Shown here piece by piece: positions 19,323 to 29,257 of a stretch of 54,121 nt of DNA. The notes under the pieces are model-generated. The model saw only the letters and a list, made by a program, of their open reading frames with translations, made no database searches and had not been told where the DNA came from. The stretch is from assembly GCA_963836205.1 (NCBI GenBank), contig CAWIIV010000001.1:1-54121 (forward strand), written 5' to 3'. This DNA comes from an uncultured Acidimicrobiia bacterium (lineage in GTDB: Bacteria; Actinomycetota; Acidimicrobiia; Acidimicrobiales; AC-14). The translations under genes were made by a program, and so were the position numbers. Positions within the stretch are counted from its first letter, which is position 1; each line of letters starts with the position of its first letter.

Positions 19323-20412
19323 TCATGCCGGGGTCGCCTCGACGGCGGGGGCGACCGGGACGACGGCCGGTTCGGCAGACCGTGGTTTGAGCTGGCCCCG
19401 GCCCATGACCGCCAGCAGGATCAGGCCCATGAGGACGTTGACCGCGGCCGCGGGCAGGCCGGAGTCGAGCTGGAGGCTGTCGCCGCCGATGGCGATGGCG
19501 GCCAGCAGGACCGCGGCCCCCGCCACCTTCACCGGCGAGTGCCGGGCCAGCCAGCTGGCCAGGAATGCGATGTAGCCGAAGTTCAGGGTCATGCCCGGGC
19601 GCAGCTTGAGCTCGGCGCCGGCGAAGTGGACCATGCCGCCGATGCCGGCCATGGCCCCGCCCACGAGCATCGCCGACATGAGCAGCTTGGCCACCGGCAG
19701 CCCCGCCCGCCGGGCCGCCTCCGGGTTCCCGCCCACCACCCGGAGGCGGAAACCCCACGACGTGTACCGGAACAGGGCCCAGATGACGGCCGGTGGCGGC
19801 CACCGCGATGAACACCCCGGTGTGCACCCGGCTGGTGCCGATCAGCGGCAGCCGGGCGGCGGCGGCCAGCGACCGGGTGGCGGGCTGGCCGGAGCCGTTG
19901 GGGTCCTTCCACGGCTGGTAGATCAGGTAGAGCATGAGGTCGATGGCGATGTAGTTGAGGAGCAGGGTGGTGATGGCCTCGTTGACCCGGACGGTCAGGC
20001 GCAGGATGCCGGCGATGCCCGCCCACAGGGCGCCGGCGGCCGCCGCCGCCAGCATCATCACCACGATCATCGCCGTGCCGGGGAGGGAGGCGTCGAGGGC
20101 CAGGCCCACGCCCGCGGCGGCCACCGCCCCCATCACCACCTGTCCCTCGCCGCCCACGTTCACCAGGCCGGCCCGGGCGGGGATGGCCACCGCCAGGGCG
20201 GCCAACACCAGGGGGGCCGCCTTCACCATGACCTCGCCCAGCGACGTGCCGTCGGCCAGCGAGTGCCACATGTCCGAGTACACCGACAGGGGGTCGGCGC
20301 CCTTGGTGAGGACGAAGGCCCCGAACAGGGTGAGGGCGGCGGCGTAGGCCACCGCCAGCCGGCCCGCACCCCGGGCCAGGCGCAGCGCCCGGGGGTTCAC
20401 AGGGCCGTTCAC
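19323..20412 (-). CDS. ABC transporter permease (1-nt frameshift near 19791)
   Basis: RAGLVNVGGEGQ, NEAITTLLLNYIA, then in a new frame WGFRLRVVGGNPEAARRAG and FGYIAFLASWL. Confidence 0.88.
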
Positions 20413-21952
20413 TGGGCCCCCCGCAGCATCAGCTCGCCGATGGCGTAGCGGTCGGCCTCGCCCGGCCGGACGATCCCGGCGACGTGGCCCGAGTGCAGCA
20501 CCAGGATCCGGTCGGACAGCTCGAGCAGCTCGTCGACGTCCTCCGAGATCATGAGCACCCCTGCACCCGCGGCCCGCCGCTCGAGCAGCAACTCCTGGGT
20601 GCGGCGGGTGGTGGCCACGTCGAGTCCCCGGCTGGGGTAGGCGGCGACCACGAGGGTGGACTCCCGGGCCAGCTCCCGGGTGAGGAGGACCCGCTGGATG
20701 TTGCCCCCCGACAGGCTGGCGACCAGGCGGTGGGGGGCGGCCATGCGCAGCTGGGTCTCCTCGTCCTGGACAGCCAGCCGCTTCTTGACCGCGGCCCAGT
20801 CGATCCCGAGTCCCTTGCGGGGCACCTTGAGGTCGCCCAGGGCCATGTGCTCGGCGATGCTGAGGCCGGGCACGACCGAGTCGGCCACCGGGTCCTCGGG
20901 GATGCCGACCGCCCCCGCCGCGAGCGCCGCCCGCGGTCCACCTCGGCCCAGTTCGACCCCGCCACCAGCACCGTCCCTTCGACGGCGGGGCGTAGGCCCA
21001 TGGCCACCTCGTACAGCTCCCGCTGGCCGTTCCCGGAGACGCCGGCCACGCCCACCAGCTCGCCGCTGTGGACCGTGAGGTCGACATCGGTGAGGGCCTG
21101 GTGGCCGCGGTCGCCCTTCACCGACACCCGGCGCAGCTGGAGGGCGGGCGTCGCGGTGGAGCGGGGGGCGGGCCGGACCTGCGGCAGGGCGGGCACCGTG
21201 CGCCCGACCATGGCGTTGATCAGCTCCCGGTCGTCGAGGGTCGTGGGGTCGACGCCGCCGAGGATGACCTTGCCGCCCCGCAGCACGGTGACCCGGTCGG
21301 CGATGGCGCGGGCCTCGTGCAGCTTGTGGGTGATGATGACCACGGACAGCCCGCCGGCCCGCAGCTGGCGGAGGCCGGCGAAGAGGGTGTCGACCTCCTG
21401 GGGCGCGAGCACGCTGGTGGGCTCGTCGAGGATGACGAGCCTGGCCCCCGCCATCAGCACCTTGAGGATCTCGACCCGCTGGCGCTCACCGATGGAGAGG
21501 TGGCGGACGAGGGCGGCGGGGTCGCAGGCCAGGCCGTAGCGGGCGGCGGCGGCGTCGACCTGGCGGGCCAGCTTGGCCCGGTCGAGCCGCAGACCCTTCC
21601 CCGGCAGGGCCAGGGCCACGTTCTCGGCCACCGTCAGGGCCGGCACCAGGCGCAGGTCCTGGAACACCATGCCGATGCCGAGCTCCCGGGCCACCGCGGG
21701 CGAGTCGATCGTCACCGACGAACCGGCAAAGCGCATCTCGCCCGAGTCGGGGCGGTACACGCCGTAGATGAGCTTCATGAGCGTGCTCTTGCCGGCGCCG
21801 TTCTCCCCCAGAAGGGCGTGGACCTCGCCCGCCTTCACCTCGAAGTCGACCGAGTCGTTGGCCACCACCTCCCCGAAACGGCAGGTGACGTCGCGCACGC
21901 TGAGCAGGGCTTGGGCTTCGGTCGTCCGGACCGGTTCCGTGACGAGGGTCAT
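20409..21952 (-). CDS. ABC transporter ATP-binding protein, two NBDs (1-nt frameshift near 20957-20960)
   Basis: [28 protein letters not shown]; second domain [23 protein letters not shown]. Confidence 0.9.
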
Positions 21953-22053
21953 GACTGGACCTCCTCGGAGTGCGGCGTGCGGTGGATCACGGCCCGGAGG
22001 TCGCCCTGGCTGACGGTGGAACTGGGGGGCGTGAGCCGCGACCTGAACCTCAT
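21949..22053 (-). other. 34-aa micro-ORF bridging the GntR stop and the ATPase start
   Basis: [34 protein letters not shown], with ATGA overlaps at both ends. Confidence 0.35.
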
Positions 22054-22766
22054 GCCCGCATCGCTCCCTTTCCGGTCGCCATGCGGGCGAGGGCCTGGGC
22101 GGCCCGCTGTTCGACGACCGCCATGGACTCGCCCAGGTGACGACAGAAGCGGGTCACCGCCAGGGGAAGGTCGCCGACGAGCACCGCCTCGAGGATCTCG
22201 AGATGTTGGGCGATGGTCCGCTCCACCCGCTCGCCGGTGAGGAAGTCGTGCATGCGCACCACCCGGATGCGCTCGTTGACGACGCGGAGCAGGTCGGCCA
22301 GCGACGAGTTTCCTGACGCGGCGGCCAGGCGCACGTGGAAGTCCTCGTCGAGGGTGACGAAGCCGGGGTCGGGTTCAGGTTGCTTGTCGGAGAGGACGAG
22401 CCACTCGTCCCGCAGGAGCCCGAGCTCGTCGAGGTCGTGGGTGGTGCCGTGCTCCGACGGCCGGCGGAGGGCCTGGAGCTCGAGGGCCAGGCGGACCTCG
22501 TAGAGGTCGTGGACCTCGTCGACCGCCGGCGCTACGGGCCGGTAGCCGCCCTCGGGGTGGGGCCCGACCAGCCCCTCGGCGTGCAGGCGGAGCAACGCTT
22601 CCCGGACGGGGGTGCGGGAAACACTGAGGAGGGCCGCCAGCCGCTCCTCGCCCAGGCGCAGATGGAGCGGGAAATCGCCCACGAGCAGGCGCCGCTTCAG
22701 CTCGTCGTAGGCGTGCTCCCGGCGCAGGACGACCGAGCATCCGTCTGTATGCACCTCCGCATCCAT
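22050..22766 (-). CDS. GntR family regulator (FCD domain)
   Basis: [42 protein letters not shown]. Confidence 0.93.
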   Translation of the reverse strand: MDAEVHTDGCSVVLRREHAYDELKRRLLVGDFPLHLRLGEERLAALLSVSRTPVREALLRLHAEGLVGPHPEGGYRPVAPAVDEVHDLYEVRLALELQALRRPSEHGTTHDLDELGLLRDEWLVLSDKQPEPDPGFVTLDEDFHVRLAAASGNSSLADLLRVVNERIRVVRMHDFLTGERVERTIAQHLEILEAVLVGDLPLAVTRFCRHLGESMAVVEQRAAQALARMATGKGAMRA

Positions 22767-22775
22767 CGAGGCCGG

Positions 22776-22818
22776 AGCGTACGGAGGCCCGGTTGCCGCC
22801 TCGTGTTCGGCGATTTAC
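22776..22818 (-). promoter_or_regulatory. Putative GlnR-type boxes plus -10 element
   Basis: Minus strand: GTAAA-n6-AACAC-n6-GCAAC-n10-TACGCT-n9-ATG. Confidence 0.45.
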
Positions 22819-22968
22819 GGTCCGAGGTCGCCTACCTGTCGCGTCGGTGACATTCGCCGGCACCGGCAGCGGGCGCGAACGGGATTCAGATGACCTCGAT
22901 GCCGCACCGCACATGCATTTCGGACCGCCGGTCAGTCGAAGGGTCGCGGCACCGTTCGACCGACAAGG

Positions 22969-23751
22969 TCAAACCGCGGAGGGCTTCGGAGCCCGACGGA
23001 TCGGATCCATCGTGGGCGCGGGATCGCAGGCCAGGAACTGCTCGATCATCGAGTTGCACTCCTCCGGCTTCTCCTGCAACAGGCGATGGGACGTCCCCGC
23101 CATCACGGCGAGATCGCAGTTCGAGATCGACCGGTAGAAGGAGATGGTGTGTTCGAGGACGGTCATGTCGTCGTCGGCGGACATGACGAGGGTCCGGCTG
23201 GCGACGCCGCCCAGGTCGGCCTCGGTCAGCGCCGGCTCATCCACGCCCATGTCCCTGATCTTGCGGACGATCACCGGGAAGTGCTCCTCGCCGTCGGGCG
23301 AGACCTCGCCGTAGGACGGGCCGAACTTGGCGACGACCTTTTCCGTGGTGACCTGCTCGGTCAACCCCGGCGTCAGGCCGTCGTAGTGGTAGAGCCCGCT
23401 GACCGAGATCAGGTTGCGGACCAGGTCGGGACGCCGGAGGGCCACCATCAGCGCCGCGATCGCGCCCATGCTGTGGCCGAGCAGGTGCGCCGGCGCGCCG
23501 ACGACGGCCTCGATGAATTCGATGAGGTCCTGCGCCAGCCGCTCGTAGTGGAAGGGCCCGTCGACGTCGGGCGTGTGGCCATGGCCGCGCTGGTCCGGGG
23601 TGAAGACGTGGAACTGGGTGGCCAGCGCGTCGACGTTCGAGTCGTAATACCGGGCATCGACGAAGCCACCGTGCAGCAGGACCAGAGGCACGCCCTCACC
23701 GCAGTCGGCGTACCACATCCTCAGGCTCGGAAGCTGCACGGTCTGCGCCAT
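22969..23751 (-). CDS. Alpha/beta hydrolase
   Basis: PLVLLHGG, PDQRGHGHT, GHSMG nucleophile, GTSH. Confidence 0.9.
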   Translation of the reverse strand: MAQTVQLPSLRMWYADCGEGVPLVLLHGGFVDARYYDSNVDALATQFHVFTPDQRGHGHTPDVDGPFHYERLAQDLIEFIEAVVGAPAHLLGHSMGAIAALMVALRRPDLVRNLISVSGLYHYDGLTPGLTEQVTTEKVVAKFGPSYGEVSPDGEEHFPVIVRKIRDMGVDEPALTEADLGGVASRTLVMSADDDMTVLEHTISFYRSISNCDLAVMAGTSHRLLQEKPEECNSMIEQFLACDPAPTMDPIRRAPKPSAV

Positions 23752-23905
23752 CGTGGTCGCTCCCTTTCCCGCGGCCCCATGCCCGGGTCGAGTGGTCTGT
23801 ACCCCGGCGCGCCACCTGCCACCCCCGGAGCACCGGGCCCGCACCGGCGCCAAGCGAACGCCAAGGGGGAAGTGCCAAGGTCGGCCCCATGGTTGCGGCG
23901 GGCCA

Positions 23906-24382
23906 GTGAGTGGATTGCCGTCCTCGGCCGCCGGGTACCCGGACGTCGAGGACGGCAGTCTCCACTCTGTCCCCCTCCTGTGCCAGGCGGTTCCCCCGGG
24001 GCCGGCCCGGGACGCGGCGATGACGTGGCTCTCGGGCGCGAGTGGTGGCGACGCCCAGGCGAGGACCCGGAACGAGGCAGGCTCCGTCCTGGTCCTCGTC
24101 GACGTGGCCGCCGCGGTTGACGATCCCCCTGCCGCCGCCGCCCTCGTCCTCCCCCACGAAGACGGCGCCGAGCTCACCGTCCTGCACGCTCCCGGGCCGC
24201 AGAAGGCGGAGCTGACCCGACGCCTTCTGGCCGAGGTCTGCGACGCGCTGCGCCACGGCGAGGTGACCCGCCTCGTCGTCGCCACCGCCAACCGACGGCT
24301 TCCGTCGCCCACCCTGCTCGCGGAGGCCGGGTTTCGCCCCTCGACCGAAGAAGGCGGCGACTGGTTGGAGCTGCACCTGTAG
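23906..24382 (+). CDS. Hypothetical protein, possibly a degenerate GNAT fold
   Basis: C-terminal TRRLLAEVCDALR....RLVVATAN......LLAEAGF resembles GNAT motifs A/B. Start uncertain. Confidence 0.5.
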   Translation: MSGLPSSAAGYPDVEDGSLHSVPLLCQAVPPGPARDAAMTWLSGASGGDAQARTRNEAGSVLVLVDVAAAVDDPPAAAALVLPHEDGAELTVLHAPGPQKAELTRRLLAEVCDALRHGEVTRLVVATANRRLPSPTLLAEAGFRPSTEEGGDWLELHL

Positions 24383-24459
24383 GGCGCCGACGTCGCAGCC
24401 GACCGAGACGCCTCCCCGCACCCGGGCCTAGAATTGGTCCCCCAGAGGGGGTCAGGCCG

Positions 24460-27400
24460 GTGCGTTACGGGGTGCTGGGACCGTTCGAGGTGCAGGACGA
24501 CGAGTGCGTCCTCGACCTCGGTCGCCCCAAACAACGGGCGGTGCTGGCCGTCCTGCTCCTGGCGGAGAACAGCGTCGTCTCCCTCGACCGCCTCATCGAC
24601 CTGCTGTGGGGCGACGAACGACCGGCCCGCGCCACCGCGTCGCTCCAGGTCTACATGTCCAACCTGCGGCGCGTCCTGGAGCCAGGACACACCCGCGGCC
24701 ACCCCTGGAACCGCCTGCTCACCCGGCCGCCGGGCTACCTGCTGCGGGTCGGCCCCGGCGAGCTCGACGCCCTCCGATTCGAGAGCGTGGCCGCCGAGGG
24801 GCGAAGGCTGTTGTCCGGCGGGCAGCCGCTCCCGGCCCGGCGGGCGCTCGACGAGGCACTGGGCCTGTGGCGGGGCGACGCCCTGGCCGACTTCTCGTAC
24901 GAAAGGTTCGCCCGGCCCGCGATCGCTCGCTGGGAGGAGCTGAGACGGGAGACGACGGAGGACCGCATCCAGGCCGACCTGGAGCTCGGCGCCCACCGCC
25001 CGGCGGTGGCGGCGCTCGAGAGCCTTGTCGCCCGCTTCCCCCTCCGCGAGCGGCTGTGGGGCCTGCTCATGCTGGCCCTCTATCGAGACGGACGTCAGGG
25101 CGACGCCCTCCGGGCCTACGCCAAGGCGAGGACGGTGTTGACGGAGGAGCTCGGGGTCGGGCCGGGGCCCGAGCTGAGGCGACTCGAAGCCGACATCCTG
25201 GCCCAGGCCCCGACCCTCGGCTGGCAGCGTGGCCCCGACGACGAGGCGCCGCCGCCGATGATCGTCCGCCCCTCCGATCAGGCGCCCGCGGCCGCCGCTC
25301 CACCCCTCGTGGGCCGGACTCCCCACCTCGCCCAGCTCGACGCCGCCCTGGCCGACGCCGCCGCCGGCCGAGGCCGGATGGTGCTGGTCAGGGGCGATCC
25401 CGGCATCGGTAAGACCCGCCTGGGCGAGGAGCTGGCGTCCCGGGCGTCGGCCGCGGGGGCCGCGGTGGCGTGGGGTGGGAGCAACGAGGGCGAGGGCGCG
25501 CCCGCCTTCTGGCCCTGGGTGCAGGTGGTGCGAGCCGTCCTCGACCAGGCCGGCCCGATCGAGGACGGACTCGACCTCCGCGGGCCGAGCGCACCCTGGC
25601 TGGCCCAGCTGGTGCCCGGTGCCGCCGCCCTCGGATCTCCCGGGCCGCCGCCCTCGCTCGACGGCGAGTCGGCCCGGTTCCGCCTCCACCAGGCGGTCGT
25701 GGCCGCGTTGACGACCGTCGCCGCTGAGCGGCCGCTGGTCGTGGTCCTCGACGACCTCCACTGGGCCGACCCCGCCTCCCTGGCCCTGTGCGAGTTCGTG
25801 GCCGCCCGCCTCGACGGCACCCGGATCCTGGTGGTGGGCACCTATCGGCCGGCCGAGCTGTCGCCCGACCACCCGCTCGTGACCACCCTCGCCGCCCTGG
25901 CCCGCCAGCCGACGCTCGTGCGGGTCGAGCTGGACGGGCTCACGGTTGCGGAGGTCGCCCGGTTCGTGGCCGGCGGGTGGGCAGTCACACCGTCCGACGA
26001 GCTGGCCGTCGCCCTCCACGCCCGCACCGACGGCAACCCCTTCTACCTGACCGAGCTGGTCAAGCTGCTGGCCAGCGAGGGTCCGCTCGGCCGGGCCGAC
26101 GCGGTGGCAGCAGCCCGCGTGCCCGCCGGAGTCCGTGACGTGCTCCGCCGGCGCCTGGTACGTCTGCCGGAGACCACCAATGCCCTGTTGCGGGTGGCCG
26201 CCGTCGTCGGGCGGCACTTCGACCTCGGCGTGCTGGTCGCGGCCACCGGCTACGACGAAGACCGCACGCTCGAAGCGGTGGAGGGCGCGCTCGTCACGGG
26301 CATCGTGGTCGAGTCGGCGGCGATGGTGGGCCGCTTCCGCTTCGCCCACGCACTCGTCCAGCAGGTCCTCTACGACGAGCTGAGCGCGGTTCGCCGGGCT
26401 CGCCTCCACGCCCGGGTGGCGGCGGCCATCGAGGTCCTCCCCCGCGACGATGCCCGGCTGGCCGAGCTGGCGCAGCACTTCCACCGGGCCGCGTCCGCCA
26501 TCGGGCCGGAGAAGGCGATCGACTACGCCCTGGAGGCGGCGGCCGCGGCGCAAGCCCGGCTGGCGTTCGAGGCGGTCGAGGAGCACCTGATCCGGGCGTT
26601 GGCGCTGGTCGAGGCGATGCCCGCCGGCCGGCGACGCGACCGTCAGGAGCTCCGGCTCCAGAACCGGCGGGCGCTGTCGTTGATGCTCAACGGCGGCCTC
26701 GTCTCGCTGGCCGCGGGGCGGGCCTGCGACCGGGCCGCGGAGCTGGCCCTGGGGCTGGACGACACGGCCGAGCTGCTGTCGTCGATGGCGGGGCTGTCGA
26801 AGGCGGCGATCGTCCGCGCCGAATGGGAGGTCGTCACCAGCCTGGGGACGCGGATGGTCGCCCTCGGGGACGCGTCCGACGACGACCTCAGCCGGGCCGC
26901 CGGCCTCTTTGCCCTCGGCAACGCCGAGCTCTTCGCCGGCGACCTTCGGGAGAGCCGGCGGCACGTCGAGGACGCCATCGCCCTCGCCCGCCCGCTCTGG
27001 AAGCAGAGCCCGGAGGCGGCCTTCCTGTGGGTGAACCCACTGGTGTTCGCGCTGACGATCCTCGGCCTGGGGCTGTCGTTGGCGGACGAACCGGACCCGG
27101 CCCACGCCGCGTTGCTGGATGCCGAGGAGCTGGCCACCGCCGGCGGCCACCACTTCTGGCTGCTGGGGGTGCAGTTGTGCGTCGCCATCGGCCACGCGTG
27201 CGGGGAGCGGGTGGATGAGGCCGCGGCCGAGGCCGAACGCTGCATCGAGCTCGGGCGGGCCACCGGCCTCCGGGTGGTCGTCACCGTCGCCGCCGTGATC
27301 CGGAGCTGGGCCGCGGCCCGGATCAGCCCGGCACCAGCCGAACTGGCCCAACTGCGCGCCGACCTGGAGGCGTGCGACGCCGAGGGGGTCCGCATGTGGC

Positions 27401-27699
27401 GACCGTTCCGCCTGATGCTCCTCGCCGACGCCTGCCTCCACGCGGGACGGTGCGACGAGGCGGTCGCCGCCGCCGCCGACGGCCTGGCCCAGTGCGATGC
27501 ATCCGGCGAGCGGGTATGCGAGTCGGAGCTGCACCGCCTGCGGGGGCTGGCCCTGGCGGGCGCCGGCCGGCCGACGGCGAACGAGGCCGAGCCGAGCATC
27601 CGCCGGGCAGTCGCCGTCGCCGAGGCCCAGGGAGCGACACTGTTCGTTCGGCGGGCCACCGCCGCCCTCGACCGCGTCCTGTCCCCGGCCACGACGTAG
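24460..27699 (+). CDS. AfsR/SARP-type regulator: OmpR-like wHTH + BTAD + AAA (STAND) ATPase + TPR-like repeats
   Basis: VLGPFEV, KQRAVLAVLLL, LIDLLWG, PLRERLWGLLMLALYRDGRQGDAL, GDPGIGKTRL, VLDDLHWAD, TDGNPFYL. Confidence 0.93.
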   Translation: MRYGVLGPFEVQDDECVLDLGRPKQRAVLAVLLLAENSVVSLDRLIDLLWGDERPARATASLQVYMSNLRRVLEPGHTRGHPWNRLLTRPPGYLLRVGPGELDALRFESVAAEGRRLLSGGQPLPARRALDEALGLWRGDALADFSYERFARPAIARWEELRRETTEDRIQADLELGAHRPAVAALESLVARFPLRERLWGLLMLALYRDGRQGDALRAYAKARTVLTEELGVGPGPELRRLEADILAQAPTLGWQRGPDDEAPPPMIVRPSDQAPAAAAPPLVGRTPHLAQLDAALADAAAGRGRMVLVRGDPGIGKTRLGEELASRASAAGAAVAWGGSNEGEGAPAFWPWVQVVRAVLDQAGPIEDGLDLRGPSAPWLAQLVPGAAALGSPGPPPSLDGESARFRLHQAVVAALTTVAAERPLVVVLDDLHWADPASLALCEFVAARLDGTRILVVGTYRPAELSPDHPLVTTLAALARQPTLVRVELDGLTVAEVARFVAGGWAVTPSDELAVALHARTDGNPFYLTELVKLLASEGPLGRADAVAAARVPAGVRDVLRRRLVRLPETTNALLRVAAVVGRHFDLGVLVAATGYDEDRTLEAVEGALVTGIVVESAAMVGRFRFAHALVQQVLYDELSAVRRARLHARVAAAIEVLPRDDARLAELAQHFHRAASAIGPEKAIDYALEAAAAAQARLAFEAVEEHLIRALALVEAMPAGRRRDRQELRLQNRRALSLMLNGGLVSLAAGRACDRAAELALGLDDTAELLSSMAGLSKAAIVRAEWEVVTSLGTRMVALGDASDDDLSRAAGLFALGNAELFAGDLRESRRHVEDAIALARPLWKQSPEAAFLWVNPLVFALTILGLGLSLADEPDPAHAALLDAEELATAGGHHFWLLGVQLCVAIGHACGERVDEAAAEAERCIELGRATGLRVVVTVAAVIRSWAAARISPAPAELAQLRADLEACDAEGVRMWRPFRLMLLADACLHAGRCDEAVAAAADGLAQCDASGERVCESELHRLRGLALAGAGRPTANEAEPSIRRAVAVAEAQGATLFVRRATAALDRVLSPATT

Positions 27700-27802
27700 C
27701 CCGGGGTCTCTACCGATCGCCGACCGCGGACCGCGGACCGCGTGCCGACCGACCGCGCCGACAGGTCCGCCAGGCCGCACGGAACAAGCGGCGAGCGGCC
27801 GG

Positions 27803-28378
27803 TTACAACACCGCCAGCGGGTCCCTGCCGACGAAGGCGGCCAGGCGTTGGTAGGCGTCGGCGCCCTCGGGGGCGGGCAACTCGTCGGCGAACACGCCCT
27901 CCTGGCGGCCGAACTGCGTCGTCAGCATCTGGGCGTTGGCCAGGGCCACCTCGGCCAGCTCCGGGTCGAGGTCGACCTTGGAGTTGGTGGCTCGGGACAG
28001 GTCCCACCCGTGGGCCACGAACTCGATGATGGCGATGTCGACGGCCAGGCTTCCCTCCGGGGACCCGAAGGCGAGGTCCCACTCCTGGTCCAACACCCCC
28101 GCCCGGCCGAGGGCGATCTTGAGCTTGGCCGCCTCCTGGGCGTAGGACACGGCCGCGTCGTACTTCACCCGGTCGACGCCGAACTCCTCCAGGTTGAACT
28201 TCGCCCCCATCGCCCCCTGGGAGAACATGTGCAGCGACGAGATGAGGTGGTTGACCACGTCCCGCACGTTCCACTCCTTGCACGGCGTCGACAGGCCCAG
28301 CTGCCCGTAGCCCATGGTGGAGATGATCCGGCCGGTCTGCTCCACGGCCCGGATGAGGGTTTTGCTCGCTTCTTCCAT
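27803..28378 (-). CDS. TIGR03086/MDMPI-N (DinB superfamily) protein
   Basis: STPCKEWNVRDVVNHL, EFVAHGWDLSRAT, RLAAFVGRDP. Confidence 0.85.
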   Translation of the reverse strand: MEEASKTLIRAVEQTGRIISTMGYGQLGLSTPCKEWNVRDVVNHLISSLHMFSQGAMGAKFNLEEFGVDRVKYDAAVSYAQEAAKLKIALGRAGVLDQEWDLAFGSPEGSLAVDIAIIEFVAHGWDLSRATNSKVDLDPELAEVALANAQMLTTQFGRQEGVFADELPAPEGADAYQRLAAFVGRDPLAVL

Positions 28379-28414
28379 GGCCGTGTTTGTACACCGTCGA
28401 CGGTGCGTGCCCGG

Positions 28415-29257
28415 TCAGGACAGGCGGGTGAGCTCCACCGTGACGCCCAGGGCCTCGGCCGGCCCGCCGTGGTAGATGCCGTGCAGGGGTGAGATGTCGG
28501 AGTAGTCGCGGGCCCGCCCGACCACCACGTGGCGCTCCGCCACCACCCCGTTGGTGGGGTCGAACGACTGCCAGTCACCCGTCCAGGCCTCGATCCAGGC
28601 GTGGCTCTCCCCCTGCATCGGCGTGCCCAGGTGGGCCTCCTCGTGGGGGTGGAGGTAGCCGGACACGTAGCGGCAGGGGATGCCGGCCGACCGCAGCAGG
28701 GCGAGGGTGACATGGGCGAAGTCCTGGCACACGCCGCTGCCCTGGCGAAGGACGTCGGGCGCGGGCGTGGACACGTCGGTGGTGCCCTTCTGGTAGCGCA
28801 GGCTGCCCTTCACCCACTCCACCGCCGCCTCGCAGGCGTCGCCGGGCGACGACTCCCGGCGGAACTGCTCAGTCGCCTCCCGAACGTCGTCGTCGAGGGG
28901 GACGAGGGTGGTCGGTGCCAGCAGCTCGGCGAAGCGGTCGCGCAGATCGGGACGGGCCAGGTCGGACCAGGTCGCCGGATCGTCGAGAGGGCCGGGATGG
29001 CCCGAGGTCTCAACCACCGACGTGCCCGTCACCGACAGCCCGACGTGGGGTACCTGGATGTCGAAGGCGTGGACGAGCGTGCCCCAGTAGTCCCAGTAGC
29101 GGAAGGCGACCGCCGACGGGCTGACCGCCACCGTCGACTCGAGCACCAGCTGGCGGTCGCTCGAGATGGGGGTGATGCGGGCCTCGTTGTACGACGACGT
29201 CACCTCCCGGCGGTACTTGTAGCCGGTGGTGTGGGTGATGGCGATCCGCCACGTCAT
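28415..29257 (-). CDS. Transglutaminase family protein (Rv2409c-like)
   Basis: HTTGYKY, SSYNEARITP, catalytic GVCQDFAH, RYVSGYL, SHAWIE, DPTN, RARDYSDISPL. Confidence 0.93.
   Translation of the reverse strand: MTWRIAITHTTGYKYRREVTSSYNEARITPISSDRQLVLESTVAVSPSAVAFRYWDYWGTLVHAFDIQVPHVGLSVTGTSVVETSGHPGPLDDPATWSDLARPDLRDRFAELLAPTTLVPLDDDVREATEQFRRESSPGDACEAAVEWVKGSLRYQKGTTDVSTPAPDVLRQGSGVCQDFAHVTLALLRSAGIPCRYVSGYLHPHEEAHLGTPMQGESHAWIEAWTGDWQSFDPTNGVVAERHVVVGRARDYSDISPLHGIYHGGPAEALGVTVELTRLS

Noticed and set aside
27712-27770. GACCGCG x3 short tandem repeat between convergent genes
   Set aside because: Low-complexity GC repeat with no spacers; not a CRISPR array or iteron set.
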